NCBI RefSeq assembly: GCF_001194135.2
Contig: NC_068996.1
Span: 34,286,448 to 34,342,639 of the forward strand
Direction of reading: 5' to 3'
Origin: Octopus bimaculoides
Lineage: Eukaryota
Length of the DNA stretch: 56,192 nucleotides
Of this stretch, positions 12,435 through 26,231 are shown piece after piece (the first letter of the stretch is position 1; each line of letters starts with the position of its first letter). Position numbers and translations under genes: made by a program. Under the pieces are notes generated by a model. That model saw only the letters and a list, made by a program, of their open reading frames with translations. It was not told where the DNA came from and did no database searches.

Positions 12435-12728
12435 CGCGGGTGTGCCTGTGTGGTTAAGAAACTCATTTTGCAACCACATGATTTCAGTATTTGTCCTACA
12501 ATGTAACATTTAGGGCATGTAACATTCAGGTACAGTCCCAAATTGACCAATGTCTTGTGAATGAATTTGGTAGATGGCAACTGAGTGAAAACCCATCATA
12601 CATATATTTGCATATGTGCGTGTGTCCTTGTGTTTGTTCCACACTGTTCAACAGCCAATGTTGGTTTGTTTATGTCACCAGTTCAGCCAAAAGGCAAAAA
12701 AGACTGACAGAATAAGTACCAAGCTTAA
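12435..12728 (+). mobile_element. Diverged tRNA-derived SINE, family A
   Basis: GTGCCTGTGTGGTTAAGAA head, TTGTGAATGAATTTGGTAGATGGCAACTG central block and AATAAGTACCAAGCTT tail, all shared with 13035-13430. Confidence 0.7.
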
Positions 12729-13034
12729 CCCTTTAACATTCAGATTAAGTTATCAAATGTAATGCTTATTTATCCACATTTTAAAAAATTAATCACATAT
12801 CATGTAGCTTCAAGATTGTGGATATGTGATTGTATATTTTTAGAATGACTTTGTAGAGTAGATGTGAGATCTGGTCAGTTTCAGCATAAAACAAATAGAA
12901 TATTTGTCCAGATATGGCCAGTTTAAATGCAAGTACCAAAGTTGATTTGTACAACCAAACCCATCAAAATGGCACCCCAGCATGACTAAAACAAATAAAA
13001 GATAAAGGATATGAACAAATTTATGAACTATCAC

Positions 13035-13430
13035 AGGTGTAGCCTTGTAATAAGAAGCTTGCTTTCCAACCACATACTTCTGGGTTCAGTCCCACTGTGT
13101 GGCACCTTCGGCAAGTGTCTTCTACTATAGCCTTGGGCCGACCAAAACCATGTGAGTGGACTTGGTAGATGGAAACTGAAAAAAGCCCATCGCACGCGCG
13201 CGTGTATGTCTTTGTGCCTGTGTTTGTCTCTGTCTCCCACTACCGTTTGACAACTGGTGTTGATGTGTTTACATCCCCGTAACTTAGCGGTTTGGCCAAA
13301 GTCACCAATATAATAAGTACCAGGCTTAAAAAGAAATAAGTCCTGGGGTCAATTTGTTTGACTAAAATCCTTCAAAACAGTGCTACAGCATGGGCACAAT
13401 CAAATGACTGAAACAAGCGATAAAAAAATG
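13035..13430 (+). mobile_element. tRNA-derived SINE, family A (near complete)
   Basis: B-box-like GGTTCAGTCCC, GGCAAGTGTCTTCTACTATAGCC central domain, internal (GT/GC)n, and tail AATAAGTACCAGGCTT...CAAATGACTGAAAC. Confidence 0.8.
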
Positions 13431-14538
13431 TCTATGATAAAACTAATATATTAGCTACCCAGGCTTGGTAGCCACCTACCCCACCCCCAGAGTCCACGAT
13501 AACGATGACGATGACTATCACCGCCACCACAACTGCTGTGTTGTGTTAGCTCTCAATCTAAGTAGGATCTTATTGCTTGTTTTTTATATTTTTTGATTCA
13601 GGTACGCTAGTTACCTCCCTTCTAAATTAGATTTAGAGTGAGTTCCCTTAACCTAAGAAAATTTTAAAAGAGTTCTTGATTAATGCCATAAATAAGTTAT
13701 GTGATAAGTCAAGATCAAATTGAAACTTAGACTAGCTAATATTAGAAGAAACCTTTTATCTGTTACTTCCTGCTATATAATGAAGAGAAAAATTTCTGGT
13801 GTCACTTTGTGATATCATTTGATGTAGTCATAAACTTTATTCTGGCATAGTGTATTGAAGAATTATAGGAGTTTCAGGTGAAGAAACTTGCAATGTGTGA
13901 CAATGTTGGTCTCTAAGCCTATCTAATTAAATTATTCATACTTAGCAATATTGATTACTTTTTCTTTGTTTGTTACTCTTTGTGTGTGCACGCATGTGCA
14001 CGTGTGCGCATCTGAGTGTGTGTGCATGCGTGCGCATGCATACATGTGAACGTGTGTGTATATGTATCTATGTATACATACATACATACATACATACCTA
14101 CGTACATATATATATATATACCAGCTTAAAAGCCACCTGATAGAAGGGCTCTTCATTAGGCCTTGGGCCCACCAACAATGACACCTCATTCATTGAGTAC
14201 ATATTAAATTTTATTAGACTTCAACAATATTTTACAAGTAATTAACAATTTTGATCAAAACAGTGATATAATTTGTTGACTTGGAACTTATTGCAAAGCT
14301 AAATGAAAGAAGAACAGTACCACCACCATCACAACTACATCTGCCATATATACCATTCAGACTTCTAACACCACCACCATCAATACCTTTGACTTTGTTG
14401 CCTTCCCCTCCACCACCATCACCTCTGTCTTTCACATCACTTACTCTCACTGTCATCCCTGACCATCTCAGCTACCACCACCACCATCATCACTGCTACC
14501 TCCACCTCTATCACAACTACAACTCATACTACATTACT

Positions 14539-14644
14539 TACATTATTTACATTTGATGGATATTTGTCCACGGGCATATGGCATAGTGGTTAAGAGCACA
14601 GGCTATTAATCCCAAGATTACAAATTCAATTCCAGGCAGTGACA

Positions 14645-14693
<49 letters not shown>

Positions 14694-14838
14694 CAACAAC
14701 ATCAAAAATACCTTAGGAATGAGAACCCAGGTTTGAAATTTCCTCAAGACACCTGATGAAGGCTGGAGGGTATATCAGCTAAAATGTGTTAACAACACAC
14801 AAGTTGAGGACAAATATCCGTCAAATGTAAATAATGTA
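14539..14838 (+). mobile_element. 300-bp element with 31-bp inverted ends, tRNA-like A/B box head, (AAT)n(AAC)n and a decayed type I hammerhead
   Basis: 14539-14569 versus the reverse complement of 14808-14838: 30/31 identical. A box TGGCATAGTGG 14579-14589. B-box-like ATTCAATTCC 14624-14633. GACAC-CTGATGA-A-GGCTG...CAGCT-AAAA-TGTGTT at 14748-14790. Confidence 0.7.
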
Positions 14839-15361
14839 CATTATTCCTCATCTCTTAAATATAGAACTCTACAGCTCATACTATTACTATCACTCCATTA
14901 CCATCAGTGTTTGATATGTTAGTTCAGCATACTGGTCCAGTGTTCAGTCCCTCTTTCTCTCATATACCTACTCTTTCTCTCTCTCTCTTCTTATTACTTC
15001 CACTGCCACCATCAACATTACTACTTTTAATAAAACATCATCAACTCTCCTTAAATCTCTTAGTCTCTCTTTCTCTCCTTCTCTTTTTCTTTCTCTCTCT
15101 TCGTCTGTCTTTGCCACCACCCTCACAGTCTTTATGCCTACTATTATTCTCCCCCAGCATGAGGAATAGTGAGAGTGTCATTGAATAGTGAGAGAGGGAG
15201 TCGAATTGTGACACACTGGCACACAGAAATTAGTTTTCTATTTATTATATTATATATATTTATATGTATATATATTCAAAATAATGAATAAGAATGATGA
15301 TTTTTTCCACATTAATAATTAAGATGTTTATAAATCGCATTGTTTTATATATATATATATA

Positions 15362-15553
15362 ATCATCATCATCATCATTTAACGTCTACTTTCCATGCTG
15401 GCATGGATTGGACGGTTTGAATAAGGACTGGCAAGCCAGGAGGCTGCACCAAGTTCCAGTCTGATCTAGGAAGGTGTCTACTGCCAGATGCCTTTCCTCA
15501 CATCAACCACTCCAAGAGTGTAGTGGGTGCATTTTACATGTCACCGGCACAGG
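15362..15553 (-). mobile_element. RTE family 1 3'-end fragment
   Basis: (CAT)n TTTAACGTC..CATGCTGGCATGG..GATGCCTTTCC..CAACCACTCCAAGAGTGTAGTGGGTGC. Confidence 0.85.
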
Positions 15554-16079
15554 TATATGTGTATGCGTATATATATATATANNNNNNNNNNNNNNNNNNN
15601 NNNNNNNNNNNNNNNNNNNNNNNNNNNNNNNNNNNNNNNNNNNNNNNNNNNNNNNNNNNNNNNNNNNNNNNNNNNNNNNNNGTGTGTGTGTGTGTGGTGA
15701 GCGTGGCTTGCTGATAACATAATATATATTAGTTAAGTTTTCTTGTACACGAGTTCATTTACATGGTGAAACCAGGAACAGACAGAACTCAATACCTAGT
15801 AGAATAAATATTTTGGCATTGTTATTGTTGTAACTTTATTATTTCCAGTCCTTGACTTGATTCCTAACATATGGCATTGTCCACCTAAACCTGATAGTGC
15901 CCATCCCTCATTAAGACTATGCTCGAATTTATCATTAGACAAGAATGTAATGTATTAGAACTGTTGCACCCCAATGGAATACCCCGACTTATAATTTCAT
16001 TTTGTGGGTTTTTTAGTACACACGCCAGACATACGAATACACACGCACAACAGATATATCGATATATACATACATGAAC

Positions 16080-16080
16080 A

Positions 16081-16120
<40 letters not shown>

Positions 16121-16423
16121 NNNNNNNNNNNNNNNNNNNNNNNNNNNNNNNNNNNNNNNNNNNNNNNNNNNNNNNNNNNNNNNNNNNNNNNNNNNNNNNN
16201 NNNNNNNNNNNNNNNNNNNNNNNNNNNNNNNNNNNNNNNNNNNNNNNNNNNNNNNNNNNNNNNNNNNNNNNNNNNNNNNNNNNNNNNNNNNNNNNNNNNN
16301 NNNNNNNNNNNNNNNNNNNNNNNNNNNNNNNNNNNNNNNNNNNNNNNNNNNNNNNNNNNNNNNNNNNNNNNNNNNNNNNNNNNNNNNNNNNNNNNNNNNN
16401 NNNNNNNNNNNNNNNNNNNNNNN

Positions 16424-16476
<53 letters not shown>

Positions 16477-16568
16477 TTATACATATTTATATATACATAC
16501 ACACACACACACACACTACATTTATATACATACATACTATACATTCATTATATATATATAAACTAGAT

Positions 16569-16613
<45 letters not shown>

Positions 16614-16920
16614 TACTATATATATATATATATACACACACACTAGATTTATATCTATATACATGCATATTATATACATATATACTACATATATCCTCTA
16701 GAAATATATATATAATACAAAGAATATATATACATGTATACACACATATATGTACATACTTACATCTACATGTGTATATACATGCATATATATATATATA
16801 CACGCGCGTATATATATTTATTTATACACTAATATACGCACACACTAGATATATACATACACGATATATACTACATACCTACGCAAAGACAATAATATGT
16901 GTATATATATGTATTATACA
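16080..16920. repeat. (TA)n/(CA)n/(TACA)n low-complexity tract around an N gap
   Basis: Directly visible. It generates the YIYIYI ORFs. Confidence 0.95.
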
Positions 16921-18494
16921 CACTAGTAATAAATCTAGTGAGGAGTATGTATGTGTCATTCAACCTGTTAGAAATAGCAACCAAATCATCGTACATCACA
17001 GAATCAGATAAGTGTAGGTCTTAAAAAAATAATTGAACAGAGATGGTCACGCCTGGAATACATACGACGATAATATTGCCCTGAATGAACTGCCCTCGGA
17101 TAACAACAACGATAATGTGTGCATGTCTCCCTGCTCACCTTTATTTTTGTCCAAGACAGGATTTTTAAATTGAATAAAGAACATGGAATGTTTGGTTAAG
17201 ATGTTTCTAGAGAGGGGAATAGAAGAGAATGATCAAACATAAATGGAAGGAAATACAAACACACATACGAGTATGAGTGTGCATATAAGTATAGCGTATA
17301 TTATATATTCATAGATGTATTTCTTTATAAATATGTGTGCGTGTATATGTGTCGTTAAAACAAAGATCAGTAATGTATACAACATATGATATATATATAT
17401 ATATACACATATAACATTTATGCAAATTATATAACTAAGATATAAATATACAGAGAGAAACGTTATTCATATATGTGTGCGTGTGTGTAGAAAGGGAGAT
17501 ATATATTTACATATACACACACACATACATACATATATAACATTTTGTACGGTAGAAGCCATATTGAACATTATTCTAACAGTAAGAAGAAATCAAACAG
17601 GACAGAGACAATATATACATATACATAATTTTAGAAAAATCTTGTATTAAAATAGTAAGAAAATATGTGTTATTTTACCTCATGAAATCCCTCATTAATC
17701 GTCTCCTCGCCGGCGTAGCCATTTCTGGGGGGAGGGGGGGGCTTATCCGGAGCTTTACTTAATTTCTGTATTATCTTTGATTGTTATTGTCGTTGTTATA
17801 GTGTTTGTCTATTTTTTTTCCCTTTAATATTTAGTTATATATACATATATATACATATACATATATATATATAAAAATTCCTCTTTACCAAGAACGAGAT
17901 TAAATCACACTTAGGAGTCTGTTTTTAGTTGTTGTTGTTTTTGTTGTTGTTGGCCTTCACTGCTGCTGCTGCTGCTGCTGCTGCTTTTGTGCTTGTTTTT
18001 TTGTTGAGCAACGATTTTTATTTCTTCTTCCACAAATGTTGGAACTTTCCTAACACCGTTTTTCTGATTTTATTTATTTATTTATTTATTTATATTTTTA
18101 ATCTAGTTTATTTATTCATATATATTTGTATATGTACTTGTTAGTTACATGTATGTATAGAGATAGATACGTATAAAGCCCTCTATATTTATATATATAC
18201 AGTATGTACAGACACACATACAAGTATATGTATTACATTTATTTGTGTGTATTTATATTTTTGTAGTGTATATTTACATTAGTGTGTGTGTATGTGTTCT
18301 TGTTTTTACTTTCCGTTGATGACGTAATGCATCCGGGACTTTCTTTGCACGTGCACGTGACATTCATGTGAACCAACCAGCCCAGACAAGTCTTTCAGTC
18401 GTTGCTACCACCACTGTTGGTATAGCTGCTACTACTACTAATGCTGCTGCTGCTGCAGTATTACTATATTTATATTGATAAATTGTTGTTTAAC

Positions 18495-18680
18495 CACAGG
18501 TGAGCTCTGATTCAGCCGATCTATGATCAAAAGCATTCCACTATCAACAACTGCATCTGTTTCTTGCTTCCACACACCCAGGACTGCATTACTGTCCTGT
18601 TTTTAAGAAACTAGGTGTAATTTTAGATAGTTTTGGCTACTATTTCTAGCCTGTCAAGATACTACATGGAGGCTATTTTT
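18495..18680. repeat. Copy of an unclassified short dispersed repeat (family X)
   Basis: Two conserved blocks, TATGATCAAAAGCATTCC and GGTGTAATTT..GATAGTTTTGGCTACTATTTCTAGC. They recur in either orientation near 131, 6266, 16965, 23041, 31205, 35300, 47890, 49530 and 54915. Confidence 0.65.
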
Positions 18681-19125
18681 TTTAATTATTTTTGTGTATG
18701 TTGCGTTGATCGTGTCGTTAAGGAGCTGTTTGTTATTAAGTCTCATACTGGCTTTATGTAGTAGCGCGAAGAGTTTCCAGAACTCTTTGCAAAGTTGCAC
18801 ATTTTCCTATTACACCTGCAGGAGCAAGAATAACTCTGTATATATATATATATATATTTACTTCTAACAGAAGACAGCACCCTACATTACATCCCTAAAG
18901 AGAGTCGAGTTAGAATAGAGGCAGCTGATGAATAATTCCAAGTGGCTTTCTGTTTTCCTATGTGTTCGTTCCGTTGTCTGTAGTTCATTGTTCTAACGTC
19001 CTGTACCCTGATATGCATCTATATACACATGTAGATGAAAGTATATACATATATGTGTGTATACATTCATATATATTTTTTATATATATATATGTGTGTG
19101 TGTATTTTTATATATATATATATCA

Positions 19126-19832
19126 TCGGGCTAAATGCTTTACGGAATTTGTTCCGGCACTTTAACCGTTTTGAGTTCAAATCCGGCGAAGTTCAACTTT
19201 ATTTTGCATCACTCCGAGATTGATAAAAGGAAGTACCAGTCGAGTCTTGTGGTCAATTTAATCGATTAAATAAATACTCTCTCAAAACTTCTAACCTTAA
19301 GCATGTGTTGGAAATTATTATTATTATTATGTGTTAAGGTATTTAATTGTGTACTTCAAATTGTGCCAAGGTCAACTTTGCCTCCCATCCTTCCGGATGA
19401 AATACTAGTCAAGTGCTGAGACTCCTGCCCCCTCAATATCTAGCTACGTAGCTATGTTAGAAATGATTTTTATCTACCGAGGTGACATAATCATTTGTAC
19501 GCCGGACAATTGTTTGGTGGCATTTCTTCCGGCTTTACGTTCTACCTAAACTTTGAGATCCTGTGACTGTTAGAAATATGTATGATTATTATTTGCTTTT
19601 CATACTTGTCTTTTTTTCTTCTTTTTTGTCACACTCGAATCTAAACCTTCGCGTTTTTATTTTTTAATAATTTATTTTTGTATTATCCCTGTTTCTGCTG
19701 CACTCATAGGAAAATAATAAAGTTATGACCCTAAGTTCTGAGTTAAAATCCCACCGAAGTAGATAATACATTCATCCTTTCACAATCAATAAAATAAGGT
19801 ACATGCGATTAAAGGGTCGATATAATCGACTA

Positions 19833-19888
<56 letters not shown>

Positions 19889-20121
19889 TACATACACAAT
19901 TTCTGCTCGAGAAATTCTTAACGTAAATATTGTTACGTAAGTCGCCTTTTCGATTCGCTTTCGATAATACTACACGATATTTAAGTTTGAAGATGCTAGT
20001 TATGTCCCTTCGCTTTCAGTTCTGACCGGGTTCGAACTCGTCTCTCTCCACACCCACAATTTTCTGTCTTCTGTATAATCATTACTATTTAACGCGGCGA
20101 GTTAGCAGAACCTTCAGCCTC
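19126..20121 (+). mobile_element. Cluster of about 5 same-orientation degenerate SINE copies, family B
   Basis: Repeated GAGTTCAAAT.C.GCC.A.GTCAACTTTGCC..CATCC...GATAAA..AGTACC blocks separated by (ATT)n tails. Confidence 0.65.
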
Positions 20122-23100
20122 NNNNNNNNNNNNNNNNNNNNNNNNNNNNNNNNNNNNNNNNNNNNNNNNNNNNNNNNNNNNNNNNNNNNNNNNNNNNNNN
20201 NNNNNNNNNNNNNNNNNNNNNNNNNNNNNNNNNNNNNNNNNNNNNNNNNNNNNNNNNNNNNNNNNNNNNNNNNNNNNNNNNNNNNNNNNNNNNNNNNNNN
20301 NNNNNNNNNNNNNNNNNNNNNNNNNNNNNNNNNNNNNNNNNNNNNNNNNNNNNNNNNNNNNNNNNNNNNNNNNNNNNNNNNNNNNNNNNNNNNNNNNNNN
20401 NNNNNNNNNNNNNNNNNNNNNNNNNNNNNNNNNNNNNNNNNNNNNNNNNNNNNNNNNNNNNNNNNNNNNNNNNNNNNNNNNNNNNNNNNNNNNNNNNNNN
20501 NNNNNNNNNNNNNNNNNNNNAATATATTAAACAAAATTCGGCATACCTATACAAATGCCCCTTCTCCACGACTTTGTTTCTCAATCACTTCCAGAAAATT
20601 TGATATTTCCCAATGATTTTTTTAAACAAATATGCTTCAGATGGTGCAGATTATGATTATATCGGAATTTTTTGTGAAAAGATTTTTCCGAGGATGAGGA
20701 GGGGAGTTTCTGAAAATTTAAAAGTTGGCTTTGTTTCCTCATAACTTTCAGAAGAATGGGTATTTGTTTTTGAAATTTTCTACAAATACCTTTCAGATGG
20801 TGTAGATTACGATTATATCGGAATTTAATACGAAAGATATTGGTGGACTCGCCCACATACATGACAAGCATAGCAATTTTTTCCGAAATTTCAAGTTTCA
20901 TTTGATGTGTGTCTGTATGTTCGTGAGCTATGTAGCAGTAAACAGCAATGACCACTGATACCAACATAATGGACAAAAGAACCAGTCTTTATGTATGGTA
21001 ACAATTCTGCTAGCTCACCATCTTAACCAATCTTTATATATTAGCAATTTCAAGTAATTGTGCATCTTGTAATGGTAAATAAAAACCAGTTTAACTGTTA
21101 TCTATTTCTTCTGTCGTTTATTCCATGGCCATCCATCCATTCACACCATTTACCCATTACATTGTAGAAACCTGACTTACATTTGCTACATTCATCAGAT
21201 ACATACATCCATGATTGAATTAAGTGATATGGTACTAAATTCAAATATTTTGAAGTAGCCCTTATTTTTGTTTTGTTTTCAAATTTATGTTGTATTATTA
21301 ATATACTATAGAGTGTTACCTATCATATAACAGATAACTTTGAAAGTATACCTCTGAGAAATATCAGAAAATATGGCATACATACCACAAATTATAATTT
21401 ACTTTTATCAAATTTCTTGGCACTTATACAGAATTATGAAATGAATACCTATTTTCAATACTTTAAAATGAAATTAAATAAAACAAATTTCACATTTGTC
21501 TAATTTCTCCCATAACTACTCTATCATTCACTGCCTTTCCTCTGTTTCTATGATTCTTTCTCTTCATGCATATTGCACCTCTTAAAATTAACTCTCTCTG
21601 TATCTCTCTTTTACTCTCTCTATTTGATATAAAGCTTGACTGGACAAAAAAAAAATCAAACAATTAACTAACCAACCAACATTTATACAAACTATTTTTA
21701 TAGAGATTTGTATTTTGAGATATTAGTGTTGTATTTACAGCTACCAAATGCTGTAATATAGAGATAGTTATAGATTTCTCCAGTATGAAATATGTGAAAC
21801 ACCCAAAACAACCAAGACTACTACATTTATGTCCAACAATAAAATATGACTAGTTAACCTTTGGGACATGCTTTTATTTGAGAATTTCTGGGTGGGGAGT
21901 TGTTTAACATGTTAATTTCATTGTTTGTTCACTTCTGTATTTGTTTATTCAGGTCAGTACAGAGTAGATTAATATATTATTAAAGTATAGTTTTATGGCC
22001 AGATGCTCTTCTTGTTGCTAACCTGTAGCTGTTTTTCAAGTAAGGGATATATTATTCTTTAGCTTCAATGCCAGCAGACGACCTATTGACAGCAGAAATG
22101 ATGACAATGTCACTGCCTAAAGCTCAGCAATTTTAAAAGAAGCACAAATATATACACACACAAACACCTATATATACATATATGCATAAATACATGCATT
22201 TATACATATATCTGTCCATCAATGTTTTCTTTCCTTCAGCCAGTCCATCCATTCATTGATCCATACATCCATAATAGGTTTCTTTCAGTTTTTTCTCTAC
22301 CAGTTCTACATGTAAGACTTTGTTTTGTCAAGTGAGAAGTAAAGTTCTTAACATCACAGCCTTGACAGCACCTATGTTAATGTTTTTTCCTTAATTTGTT
22401 ACATTCTTTTCACTTGTAAAAGAAGTTAAGGATAATTTGAAAATGAATAGTTTCTGTTCTCAAAAAGTGCAGCTTCAAAAAGCTTATTGTTAAAATATAT
22501 ACTTTTTAAAATCGTTTTATTCATTCTCACCATTTCAAATTGTTATTATGGTTGTTTAGCCCAAGGCGAAACTTGGCTCAACAAATCTATGCTCAAAAGT
22601 ATTTCATCTGTGTCTATCCAATCTTTTTTTCTGTCGAGTAATGATCAAAAAAATGCAATTGTGCATACAAGTAGCTGAAATGGTTGTTTCTGTAAAGGAT
22701 CTTGTCTTTTTTGAGAGGTCACAACTCTAGTACTGCAGTCATGTGATTTGAATGTTGTAGGAGGTAATCACCAGGTGGGTTCTTCAAGCCAGTAGGCAAG
22801 AAACATAGGAGTAGACCAAGAACAAGACAGTTGGATAATAACCATAGCCTCAGTTGCTCATACTTGGGAATCCAACGAGAAAGTGTGATGATAGTTGCTT
22901 CTGATAGAGTCTTCCTATGGAGGTAGTACGTGAGAATTCTACTCCCTTAATAGAGTCCAGAAATAATGGGCATAAAAGTTGGATGGATGGAGAGTGCTGA
23001 CAATTATTCAACAGGTCTTTTTTTTTAATAAAAAAGTTAAGGTGTGATTCGAGGGAGATGTGATTGTTATTTCTGGCAGGTCAAGTGACCATAAATTCTG

Positions 23101-23330
23101 GTGATGGAAAGGCTATGGTTTTTTAAAATTGAGTTGCAGTGAAAGAACTTCTAAGTGGTCATTCAACTTGCAAGAAATGACTACCAAATTTTTTTGAACT
23201 CATGCTTTACTTGCTAAAAGACACATTAGATGGCGAACTTATGGAATAAAGAATCTTATCTCCAAAAGAAACCATATGATTAGGGAGTGAATTTCTAAAC
23301 CAGACAATTATGCTTGTATTTATAATGTTG

Positions 23331-26030
23331 TCATCATCATTTAATGTCCGTTGTCCCTGATGGCATGGGTTGGACAGTTTGACCAGGACTGGCAAGCTGA
23401 GAGGCTACACCAAACACCAGTCTGATTTGGCATTGTTTCTACAGCTGGATGCCCTTCCTAACACCAACCACTCCAAGAGTGTAATGAGTGCTTTTACATG
23501 CTACCGGCATGGATGCCAGTTGCATGACACCACTATCTGCCATAACTACAATTTCACTTGGCTTGATGGGTCTTCTTTTCAAGCATTACATATTTTTAAA
23601 GGTCTTGATCATTTGTCATTGCCTCCATGAGATCCAACACTAGAAAAGTGCTTTTTACATGCCACCAGTGTGAGTGCCAGATATGTGACACTGGCATCAG
23701 CTACAACTATGATTTCACTTGACTTGATGGGTCTTCTCAAGCATAGCATATTGCCAAAGGTCTTAGTCACTAGTCATTGCCATCATGAGGCCCAATGTTC
23801 AAAGATCATGCTTCACTATCTTGTCCCATGTCTTCCTGAGACTACATCTTCACAGGTTCCATCCAGCACTTCTTTTCACAGCTATTCTCATCCATATTAC
23901 ATGACCATACCAATGCAGACATCTCTCTTGCACACCACATCTGATGTCTCTTATGCCCAACTTTTCTCTCAAGATGCTTACACTCTGTCGTACATGCACA
24001 CTGACATTGCACGTCCAATGAAGCATGCTAGCTTCATTTCTTTCAAGCCTACACATGTCCTCAGTGGTCACAGCTCCTGTGTAGCATAGTTGTTCAGATA
24101 CAGGCATCATACAGTCTGTCTTTCACTCTGAAGGATGAAGGAGAGACTCTTTGTTGCAGACATAAGAGCTCTCTGAACTTTGCCCAGCCTATTCTTATTC
24201 TTGCAGCTATGCTCTTGGAGTATCCACTTCTCTAGTTCTGGTCATGATTCAGCTATAAGGACAAGGTCATCAGCATAGGGGAGCTCCCAGGGGCAGCCCA
24301 TCTTAAATTCTTCTGTTATTGCCTGGAGAACTATGATGAACAAGAGAGGGCTGAGGACTGATCCTTGGTGAACCCCTACTTCTACCCTGAATTCATTGCT
24401 ATACTTATTGCTAACCTTCACCTTACTGACAGCTTCCCTGTACATGGCTTGTACAGCTCTTGCCAACTGTCCCTAGTTTCTGCATTGACCACCATATATG
24501 GGATCGGGGGGACCTTGTCAAAGGTTTTCTCCATGTCATCAAAAGCCAAGTACAGGGGTTTATCCTTGGCTAGGTATTTCTCCTGAAGTTGCCTTACCAG
24601 AAATATAGCATCATTGGTGCTTCTCTTTGGTACAAACCAAACTGCTTCTCATCTCTCCTTAATTAGTTGGGCTATGACCTTCTCCTTAACTTTCATCAAT
24701 TGATCCAACAATTTGATACCTCTGTAATTATTTCTGTCTAAAGTGTCACCTTTGCTCTTGTAGCAGTTGACTATGGTGCTGCTACACCAGTCATTGGGTA
24801 TGACTCCTTCAGGTGCAACCTGATTAACTATACAGGTAACTAGACCATAACTCACACCACCAGATATTTTAAGCATCTCAGCAGTTATTCTAGATGGGCC
24901 AGGAGCTTTCATATCCTTCATGACTTTGTCTACCATGCTATTGTCTATTCAGATTGCTGGTTCCTCTGTTAAATCCATACTAGGTAGACTCACCATCTCC
25001 CATGAGTTCTCTACATTTAGTAGCCTTTCATAGTGGCACTTCCAAGCCTCCTTCTTTGCAGGGTTACTAACAGCCAGTGACCTGTCATCCATGCAAACAT
25101 TTCTCTCCTACCACATCACGCTTTTCTCTGACACTGTTTTGCAATCCGAAACACTTCAGGTCTTTGGACCTCAAAATGCAGAATATTGGCAAACTTCCTC
25201 CTCTTTGCTTCTCCTCTGGCTAAATACACCTGTTTTCTAGCCTCCCTCCTAGCTACCTGATATAGTTCTCTGCTACTACCACTCTTCCAGGTCTGTTTCT
25301 TTTCTCTAATGGCCTTGTCTACAGTATTGTTCCACCACCACATCACCCTAGTTCTGGTTGGGACTTTGCACCAACTGCAGATTTGTTCTGTGGTGCTCAT
25401 CAAGCAGTCTTGCAGGAATTCCCAGTTGCCATCTATGTTACAAATCTGTAGTTCCTTCTCCTTCTCATCAAATTTCTCAATTAGGGTGTCCCTAAATTTC
25501 TGACCATATAAAGGATCCTTAAACTTCCAGATCCTTCTTTTCCAGATTGCTCTGCTTCTAGGCAACCTTCTGGCCTGAAGTCTGAAGTCATTGACTAATC
25601 TATGCTGAGGGTACATTCTTTACCAGGGAAGGTCTTTGTATTTCCATGTATTTTGCGGTCTGGTGAGAATGTAATCAATCTGGTTAGCGTAGTTAACAGG
25701 TAACTGGCTGGCTTCCTGAAGTCGGTATTACAGATCATTAAGTTATTTGCATCACAGAACTCCAGTAGCCTTGTTCCCTCTTCATTTTGGGAACCAGTTC
25801 CATGACCCCATGTACTCCATGGGGGTCATGTTGGGCTGCTGTCTAACACATTCATTGAAATCACCATAAAAATGAGTTCATTGTCATTTGTCTTTGAGGT
25901 AGCCTGCAGAAGGATATCATAAAAGCAGTCCTTCTATTCATTTGGTAACCCTACCTGGAGGGCATAGGCAGAGATAATTGTTGTACTATTCTGCAAGATT
26001 AGCCTGAGCTTGAGTACTCTATCATAACTC
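23331..26030 (-). mobile_element. RTE family 1 LINE, long decayed copy (APE, RT, 3'UTR)
   Basis: APE: LRLILQN..IISAYA..EGTRLLEFCDANNL..PQHRLV. RT: KAPGPSRITAEMLK..NNYRGIKLLDQ..VGVHQGSVLSPLLF..PWELPYADDL. (CAT)n tail at 23331. The segment between RT and thumb is deleted. Confidence 0.9.
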
Positions 26031-26231
26031 AATAATGCTAATGTACCAGATATAAAGAAAATTCCATTTTGATCTTATTAAATATAAGACCTAAAAAAAA
26101 TGAATATAAAACGAAATGACTAAATAAAAAATAAAACCAGACCTAGTCCCATAACATTTGAAAGAAGAACACTAAAAATATCAAGGCAACAATTGGGGAC
26201 AGGATCAAAATATATATAGATATATGTGTGT

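Noticed and set aside
14118-14165. Minus-strand CTAATGA-AGAGCC/GGCTTT-TAAG-CTGGTA as a fifth hammerhead
   Set aside because: Stem II pairs, but both core segments are mutated. Not supportable without a family consensus.
15997-16803. Long ORFs rich in YI/HT/CV here, and similar ones at 20085-20584, 32986-33376 and 36469-36847
   Set aside because: Products of microsatellites and N runs.
18315-18365. TGACGTAA and tandem CACGTG motifs as an enhancer
   Set aside because: Short motifs with no supporting context or conservation data.
21181-21234. 54-bp minus-strand AG..GTAAGT segment open in one frame (PYHLIQSWMYVSDECSK)
   Set aside because: Poor polypyrimidine tract, no recognisable homology and no partner exons.
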